A DNA stretch of 47,307 nucleotides from contig JAUCBJ010000619.1 of assembly GCA_032718475.1 (NCBI GenBank), positions 1 through 47,307 on the forward strand, given 5' to 3'. Under the pieces are notes generated by a model. The model was given only the letters and a program-made list of their open reading frames with translations, ran no database searches and was not told the origin of the DNA. Both the position numbers and the translations under genes were made by a program. This DNA comes from Nemertoderma westbladi (lineage: Eukaryota > Animalia > Xenacoelomorpha). The stretch's first letter is position 1, and each line of letters opens with the position of its first letter. Below, in pieces: positions 38,647 to 47,307 of the stretch.

Positions 38647-38689
38647 GAGATATTGCGAAGCCAAAATCTCAAAGAAATTTTATTTTATT

Positions 38690-38797
38690 TTTTTTGTGGG
38701 GGAAGGGCGCTAGTAGACTGTTTGCCCGTGTCTACTTTCCTTTTTTTGTGGGGGAAGGGCGCTAGTAGACTGTTTGCCCGTGTCTACTTTCCTTTTT
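38690..38797. repeat. 52-bp duplication carrying a hairpin, in the BEL2 3' UTR
   Basis: GGGAAGGGCGCTAGTAGACTGTTTGCCCGTGTCTACTTTCC occurs twice; stem AGTAGAC/GTCTACT. Confidence 0.85.
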
Positions 38798-39444
38798 TAT
38801 TTGCAACCCTTTTCTTTTACTTTATTTTACCGAATAGCATTCATTTGAGATAAGGGTCTATTATTATTAATTTGTTTTTAATTTTAAATTTTATTATTTA
38901 TCTATTTATTTATTTTATTTTAATATCGATTATTATAGAGATTGTATAGTACAGTATAACATAGCTAGTATATAGTATATAGCATAGACTAGAGTGACGA
39001 TTTTAGATTATTTCGTTCTGTCTCTGTGGTCGAAACTAGTCTTGTCAATATAGTCTGATAATAATGTTTGAGAGAAATGTTAAATGAGATAAATGTTAGT
39101 GAGTGTTAGTGAGAAATCGTATTGCACAAACTATAATACTAAATATATATAAATGCAATAAACATTGAACTACATACAAACAGTACATATAATACTATAA
39201 ATAAAATGCACAACATAGAGAAATATATATTGTAAAAGTCCCTTCACCGTCATTTATGGTTCATATGAATAATTAATGATCTTTATTATCTTCTAGTGGT
39301 TGCCCTTTATGTGGTTGTCCGTTGTCTCATCTGAGGTACGGTACATGCCTCTGATTGCATCTACATTGCTGAGGGTTTCCAAGAGTACTGTATGAATGTC
39401 GTACACCCCCTGAAAATAATTAAGGTAATATAATGTAAACATTT

Positions 39445-42400
39445 CTATTTTTCAATGGATATAACATCTATAACATCAGATTCTAATAAGCAAAGCTTAT
39501 CTACATGACGCTTATAAACCCCTGCTGGAGTTTTTACTGAAGCATGGCGGACAATTCCGTCGGCATCTGGGAACACTTGGATGATACGTCCCCATTGCCA
39601 CTGTGATCTAGGCTGATGATCGTCATAGATCAGTACTGCGTTGTCTACCCGCAGGTTATCACGTTCACGGTTCCATTTGTTTCTGGTTTGTAAAGTCACT
39701 ACGTACTCCCTGAGCCACCTCTCCCAATAGTTAGTGGCTATTAGCTGGGATTGACGCCAAGAATGAGTAGAATAAGAGTCACTATCGTGACCTGGCCCTA
39801 TGTGTACGTTGTAGGCAGGACGTTGTAGAAGGAAGTGGTTAGGTGTGAGTGGTTCCTCACCTGTGATGTCGTTATTTACGATGCTAAGCGGCCGACTGTT
39901 CATTATTGATTCCGCCTCTGTTATACTTGTGAGTAATGTGTCATCGGTTACTAAATTTTTATTAATTATGGCTAGAATGGTTCTTTTAGCTATCTGTATT
40001 AACCTTTCATGTACTCCACCCGTGTGGGGCGCTAGTGGTGTCAAGAAGTGCCATTCAGTCCCATTCGGCCTTCAGAATTCAACTAACTCATCTTCCCAGG
40101 TTTGTAAGTTACTTCTAAGTTCTGACTCGGCCCCGATAAAGTTTGAGCCGTTATCAGAGTCGACCCTCTTTGGGGGGCCCCGTCGGGATATAAACCGACG
40201 ATACACGTTGATGAATGTGTCAGCTGATGCATTAATTGCGATGTCAAGATGAACTGCTCTGCAGTTTTGGCATGTGAATAATATTCCGTATCTTTTATTA
40301 GTGGTACTGCGACCTCTTAAAGTGTATAGGGGTCCCCACATATCCACTGTGGAGTAAGTGAATGGGGGCTCGTATGGCGTTAGTCTCGATGCTGGTAATG
40401 GTGACATTAATTGCTCCATTCTCCTTGATTTAATCCAGCGGCAGATGAAGCATTTTCCAGTCATGGCTTTAGTTATTGCTTGTACGCTCAGTATCCAATA
40501 TTTTTCTCTAAGCTTACATACAACGTGTGAGTATCCTGCGTGACCTAATTTTGTATGTACGTCCCATATCAACGCCCGTGTTATTGAATGTTTCTTTGGT
40601 AGTATAATTGGGTATGCGGCGTCATATGATATGGGCGCCTTACTGATACGACTACCTACTCTGATTAATCCGTCATTACCTAGGTGGGGGCTAAGCTTTG
40701 CAATTGGGCTATTTCTAGGCACTGGGGATTTATTAGATAGGCATTTATATTCTTCTTTGAATGTTTGCGTTTGTGTAAAGAACAGAAGCCTTTTGCCGGA
40801 TTTTTCTAGCTCCTGAGCACTTACCACTGTGTTTTTTAACATGATAGTCTTGCACGGATCGATAGAGTACTTACATAACCTTATCAACCAGGCGAATAAT
40901 ATTCTTACCTTATTCCAGGATGAATTCCTGTCTATAATTTTAGTGATAGCTTCTATTGTGCTGTCGTTCATGTCTGATTCACAACTGTCCTTAAATCTTA
41001 CCTTTTTGGTGTGAAGTTCTTCCAGAATACTATACCAGAAATCCTCTGTCCCCTCCGTGACGTCATCAGAGACTTCACTATCGTTATCGACCTCTGATAT
41101 TTCGCCCGTATATTGAATTTTCACATCATGATCATCTCTAATGGCGTCGGTCCATTCTGATTTGTTTTGGAGCCCGCCCGCCCATACCACCATTGACGAC
41201 GATCCTTCAACCTTTTAGCACTGAGTCCCCTGCTAATGTAATGGCGTCGGCTGGATTTAGTTCACCTTGAATGAAAAGCCATTGGTTACATTCGGATTGT
41301 TCTAGAATATGATTTACTCTGTTAGTTACATACCTTTTAAACTCTTTGTCCTCATTGTTTATGTATCCTAGAACTACTTTGGAGTCAGACCAAAATGTTG
41401 ACTTTTCGATTTTAAGGTTGAGTTCTTCCTTGAGAGTTTGGCCAACGTCAGCGACTATTACTGCCGCCTGCAACTCCCGTCTGGGCGTTGACAACCCGCT
41501 AGAAACTGAGGAAATTTTAACCTTGGAAAATAAATATGATACTGTTATATGGCCATCCATTTCAACTCTAAGATATGAAACGCAACCGCATGCTACTTCG
41601 GAGGCGTCACAAAAGTGATGTAATTGGTACTTTATATTTTCTAATGCCTGAGTAAAGCTATGGTACACTCTGGGTATCTGTATGACAGACAGTTCGGCAA
41701 TCTGTTGAGACCATTTGGTCCATTTTTTGATGTATTCCTGTGGTATTGGTTCGTCCCAACCAATACCGGAATGCCATATATCTCGTACAATTAATCTTCC
41801 CTTCACTACAAAGGGGGATAAAAAGTTCAGAGGGTCAAATATTGAGTTTACAACGCTTATGCATCCTCGCTTAGTTAGAGGGGCGTCCCTTTTCTGGAAA
41901 TTAAAGTTAAAATTATCCAATTGGGTGTCCCAAAATGACACCCAACACTCTTGTGGCTGGGAGGTTGTCCAGGTCTAAGTTTATGTATTGTTTATCTAAG
42001 TGTGAGACATTCAATGCCTCTAAAAACTTTCTAGAATTAGACATGAATTTGTGTAATCTAAACCCACCTTTGGAAAGGCAAGCAATGAGTTGTTGAGCCA
42101 GGTCTATTGCTTCTGGAACTGTATCTAAGGATTCACAGATATCATCTACATAAAATGATGTTAGTACACTGTTTATTACATTTTCATCAAATTCGTCTGC
42201 ATTATCCAACCCGGTTCTCCTTAGAGTGTGGGTGGCAATGCACGACGAATCTGTAGCACCAAATATATGTACAAGCATTTTGTAAGTTTCTATTTGGTTA
42301 CTACCTATTGGCTTCCATAAAAATCTTAAGCTGTCGCTATCCTCATCGGTGACTTTCACCTGATGATACATGCCTTCTATGTCTGCTATGAAGGCAATGC

Positions 42401-45400
42401 TTCCCTTGCGGAAACGCAATAGAATTCCTATAATTTTATTTGTCAAGTTAGGACCCTGTAAGAGGCAGTCATTAAGACATTCCCCCTTGTATCTGGCGGC
42501 GGCATCTTTTACAATGCGTATTGTGCCAGGTTTTGCTGCGCGCTCCACATAATGGTGCGGCAGGTAGTACGTTTGATTACTTACATGTTGTTGCTCACTT
42601 AAATCTAGCTTTCTCGCGTAGCCTTTAGTTTCATATTCCTTTATCATATTATCATAAAGCAGATACTTATCCGGTTTACCTGTTAATCTCTTTAATAACC
42701 CTTGCAACCTTACCTTAGCTAAGGGATAATTATTATGCAATACTGGTGGTCGCTCTTTCCAGAGCTTTCCTACGCAATAATGCCCATTTATGAAACTAGT
42801 AGTGTCTTGTAGTATTTTTAGCGCCTTTTTGTCGTTCCTTGACATACTAAGTTCCTCCTCCTTTAATTCTGAAGTATAAGTACTCTTCTCTGCTTGGCCA
42901 TATTGCTCTAGTCCTAGGGATTGTAAAATTAGTGCGTTTGTCCCTTGTTGGAATTCCATGTCTTCTTGAATGAAATAATTATTACTCATTATTGGGTCTT
43001 CTTCCTGGTTTACTGGTCCAACGACACACCATCCAAATGGTGTTCGGATAGCTATGGGTGCTTCCGGGTCATCGACCTCTAGGATCTTGTCATTTCTATG
43101 TACTTGAGGGTAATTCTGCCCAATTAGAATAGTAACCTGCGGTACATCTATATCGGGGTTTTCTAGTAGTGGGGTTAGATTCTGTAGATGTGGCCAGTTG
43201 TTTAAATTTAATTTAGTGTGGTCGTTACGATACTTATGGGTGTACTGGGAAACTACGTAAACATGTTTCATGTCTAAGAAGAATCCACGTTTGGTCTGCA
43301 TTTTGCCATCTACAGGGGTTACCTGGAATGATAGTTTACCAACTTGAACTAACTTACAGGGGTCGAATACCGTCTTGGCCTTTATTTCGACTTGTTCAGG
43401 AACTGTAATTTGTAATGTGTCTATAATTAGTGTGTCGATTACTGAGCTGGTGGAGCCTCCATCGAGTAGCGCATATGTTGTTAGTGACTTACCTTCTACC
43501 TTGATCCTTACTGGTACAACAGACAGCCACACATTAGGCGTAGTACTCACTGTCTCTACACTTTCGATATTGCAAATTGCAGCATCTTCTAGATGCTGTA
43601 TTTCTTGGGTTTGCGGACCATCTAGACCTATACTGGCATTATTTTCTAGGTTATTACTTTGCTCGGTTTCCGATATTTCGGCATGTGCTACTTGTTCATT
43701 ACTAACCTTGTTTAAAGTATCTCCAGATTTATTGCTATGTTTCCTGTGCAATAATGAACTGTGTCTTTTACCGCAACCTGGCACTGTACACCTATATAAA
43801 TTTGTGCAGTCCCTTATTATATGATTAGGGCTGAAACAGAGATAACACAATTGTTTATTAGTGACCAGATCATCGCTTACAGACGCTTACTTCGCTTACA
43901 GACAGTTTTAATAGTTCTGGGCACCTAAATACTGCGTGGGTATTATGCCCGCAAATAATACAATTTCGAATTCTTGTTTTGGTTTGGCTTATACTCGGTA
44001 TCGCATCACCATCCTGTGAATACTGAGCCGCGGTTTCACTATGAGATACTTTCCCCTTAGTTTCACCGGATAGGTTCAGCATTTTCTTTGGATTGGTGTT
44101 TTGCAATGCAACTTCTGTATTCAATGTGGTAATTTTCGGTCGTTGCTCTATGTTTGATTTATACTTGTAGTCCTGCGGCGGTGTATGTACTTGTCTGGCT
44201 TCAGTATTAGAATAAGTGTAGACGGGGTCATTCATAGTGTCGGCTTCTTTCCGTATGAATTCGGCTAACTCGTGTAGCGTAGGTTCATGATGCTTATGTG
44301 TGCGTATATCGCCCGCTACGCGTCGCCAGCGGCTCATCACATTGGGGGGCAGGTTTGCTGCAACCATACGCAAGTTTGCTGTGGAGTTCATTTCTTGCGT
44401 ATTATTAAAATGTTGTAAAATTATAGCCTTGTTTCTTACTTTATCAGCGTAAGATCTAAACTTTTTCTTACACTGCTCGAAAGATCCTGAAATTAGATCG
44501 ACCTTATCAGTTAAGTCTCTAAGAGTGTGTTCTACAATGACACTAGGGTGACCGTACCGGTCGTGCAGTATTTCCCAGGCTCTGGTGTACCCGCCGCTCA
44601 AACCTGAAAGGAAGGATATTAAGTGCAGAGGTTCACCTGTTAAATAATTCAATAAATATGAAAATTTCTCCATTTCTGTAAAGGGTTTCAGGTCCACTTG
44701 AGCTCTAAAGGTTGCTGTGAAGGATATGTATTGCCCGGGGTCACCACTAAATTTAATGGGTTCAAGTTGAGGTAAGGTCAATCTTGTGTTTAGTTTGTCT
44801 AAGGCGGAAAATGTTATCTCAGCAGCAGAGTTGTTCAATTGAGTGAACTGTGATGGTGTAGACACGTATGTCTCTGCAGGAGCAAATGGTAGTTCATTAC
44901 TGTAGTTTTGATATGGTTGTCTATAGCCAGAATGATAGCCCGTGCTGTTAATGCAAGATGGGTCTCCTGCTGTAGGTATATTTGTATTGCTTACGGTGTT
45001 TGTAAAGTTACATGGGTTAGAACCAACAGATTGGATCATACGGCGTGACGTAACTTGCCCGCCCCCACTGGCGATCGAAACAGATGGTATATACGCAGGA
45101 CAGTGCGCATTTAAAGGCCTATTTGTTGGGCTAACATAGGCATTTATATCTGTAGTTCTAGTTAACCCACCCTCATGTGTACTAGGCCTACTATTTATAA
45201 AGGGGGCTGGATTACGTGTAGGATAACTAAAGCTATTCGTCATCGTGTGTATAGGAGATATTCCTATATTTTCGGCGGGTGCCATATTGCGAGGTGCACT
45301 CTGTGTGTAGATTATTGACGACATAGATGTTTCCTGAGATTTACCGACGATGTCTTGTTTTGTAGTGACTGGTTTGTGGCTTGGTTCAATATCTATATTA

Positions 45401-46418
45401 TCTGTTAATTTATAATTTACACTAGCATCTTTACCGACGATGTCTTGTTTTGTAGTGACTGGTTTGTGGCTTGGTTCAATATCTATATTATCTGTTAATT
45501 TATAATTTACACTAGCATCCAGTGTACCACCATTATTTTCCTCTTCTGCCAATTCTGTAGCTAATTTTAGCGCGTTTAATTTGTCTCTCTGTTGACACAG
45601 CTTTCGCTCACTCTCTAGATCTCTAATTTGTTTCTCACGTTCTTGGTCTCGAATTAATTGTTCTAATTTTAAGCTTTCTAATTTTTCTTGAGCTCTTAAT
45701 CTGGTAGCAGTAGACGCAACTGAGCCCGACCTACTACTATTTACAGACGCTCGGTCATGTGTGGGGCGCTTTGGGTTTTTCAATGGAAGTTGCGCCGATG
45801 AAAATTGACCATCAGTAACGCTAATAGTGGGCTTATGTAAAACATTATCTGTAATATAATTATTATTATCCACAACGGCTGTAGTTGAACCTGAGGATAT
45901 AAGGTGAGACATTTCTTGTAGATCCCCCTGGAGAGCACTTCAAATTCTCCCTGAAGCTTATTCGCTTCATTAGAAAAATTATTGTCATATAATTTTTCTA
46001 TAAATACTTGGTAGGCTTCGCATATCCTGTTGTAAGAAGTTACACACTCCTTATAGGTTGGAGGCACTAAGTCTAAACCTCCCGGTTTTCGTATATCCTG
46101 AAAGAAAATGTTTCTTTTCTTGGAAAAATATCCTTTATGACCTGCAATAGAACGATTAAATACTTCTAAGTCTGGAGGGTTTTGTACACACGTGGTCCCT
46201 GAGTTTCGAGCCCTGGCACCTGCGTCATTTCTATCACGACGTAGAGTGCGGTTACTGGCTTGTCCAGGTGCAGAAGCATTGGACATACCTTCAGTCCCAG
46301 TGGGTTCGTACGTGTTATGTGGGCCAACTAGTACCGTTGATGTACGGGGAGCGTCAATAAACTCACCTTCATTTCCGTCGACTTCACAGTCGTCGAAGGC
46401 CGTCAGTGTTTCATCCAT
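39445..46418 (-). pseudogene. BEL2 Gag-Pol polyprotein split into six ORF pieces by frameshifts
   Basis: Gag KFSGDP, RYGHP; knuckles CIICGHNTHAVFRC, CYLCFSPNHIIRDC, CTVPGCGKRHSSLLH; PR LLDGGS; RT FYVDDI; RH HHFCDAS, WSDSKVVL, NPAD; INT H..GH..CFIC, VDMWGP, SDNGSNF, GGVHER; C-terminal WQWGRIIQVFPDADG. Confidence 0.95.
45340..45519 (-). repeat. Exact in-frame 90-bp tandem duplication in BEL2 gag
   Basis: DASVNYKLTDNIDIEPSHKPVTTKQDIVGK is encoded twice by identical DNA. Confidence 0.95.
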
Positions 46419-46607
46419 CCTGAACTCGAGCAGCTCGATTATCCTCTTGAAACTCGATTTGTGAGCTGTAGTTTATCGTCCGGATCCACCACTTACAACT
46501 GCTACTGTATCTACAATATGTATTTAATAATGCCTAGTAACCAAATATATGGTTATATTCTGATCAACCGTAAAGACGGTATTAAAAAGACTGGTGTATC
46601 TTTTTAC

Positions 46608-47124
46608 TGTGAGCGTTTTTTACTTTAATCGCTCTGATTCTGTTAGTTATGCGTGATTTAATCTTAATGACCAAAAAACATTGTGATAACATAATAGTAA
46701 TAACAGGAATGTTTATTGAAGAATGTTAGAATTCAATATCATCAAAATATGTTCGGTAAAAAGATACACTTCGGATTCCCTAATAACAGAATGAATTTCA
46801 TCGCGGTTGTTAGTTGATTAAATAGGTTGAGATACGAAGGGACAGGGAAGTTGTAAAGAAGAGCTGTCATAGGTCAATGTGTCTTATTGTCATTGTAAGC
46901 GGTATTAGAGGTGGTGATAATTGGTGAGAGTTGAATAGTGAATGTAGCAATTAGATTACCCGGCCAAGAATGTATAGTAGTAGATATCAGCTGATATTAT
47001 AAACATTATATTATATTGAATGCTAGCGGTTGGATTTTGTGGGCTAATATGCTCGAGCTGACTTGTTACAAGCATTGTACGAAATAAGGGGTATTTTTTT
47101 ACTGGTCATGTACAATCTGTAAGA
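46608..47124 (-). repeat. LTR-like module upstream of BEL2 gag
   Basis: Starts TCTTACAGATTGTACATG (17/18 identical to the 3' LTR start); ends ...CGCTCACA followed by GTAAAAAG, a junction recalled from aquatic BEL elements. Confidence 0.5.
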
Positions 47125-47304
47125 ATCAATAACTTTCATTTTGCGATATTTAGCGTTTACATACAGTGTATCGGGAGCGGCTGTACCTCATTAATGGTCG
47201 GTCCCTGCACCACTCTACACTAACCCCTTGCCACACATTCTCCTTATACTGCAATTAACTCAGAAGCCAATTATAATTTTTTTAACAACACCCTCAAGTA
47301 GAAT
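47125..47304. repeat. 180-bp direct repeat, copy 2 (runs to window end)
   Basis: Matches 37957-38136. Confidence 0.93.
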
Positions 47305-47307
47305 TTT

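Larger units (their letters stand above)
37860..47307 (-). mobile_element. BEL/Pao LTR retrotransposon 2, frameshifted; outer boundaries uncertain
   Basis: Complete gag-PR-RT-RH-INT series, PPT followed by TGTTACA at 38636, LTR-like segments on both sides. Confidence 0.85.

Overview
Eukaryotic (animal, probably aquatic invertebrate) repeat-rich DNA with no prokaryotic features. Left: a young Ty3/Gypsy LTR retrotransposon (minus strand, 1-6188; near-identical LTRs, tRNA-Leu PBS, RT motif LADD) inserted into the RNase H region of a decayed BEL/Pao element (6189 to about 15 kb). Middle: a hAT-type MITE with an 8-bp TSD, a 52-bp tandem array (~26 units) and a 13.2-kb 47-bp satellite (~281 units) with zoned variants and higher-order repeats. 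Just after the satellite are two phase-compatible plus-strand exons of a probable CFAP97-domain (KIAA1430/hemingway-like) host gene. The first exon's splice donor is repeated in a 16-unit 28-bp array, and the intron holds nested non-autonomous DNA transposons. Right: a second, frameshifted BEL/Pao element (minus strand) whose two flanking LTR-like segments do not match and which is bracketed by an offset 180-bp direct repeat. All calls are by eye; family assignments rest on motif recall, not database searches.
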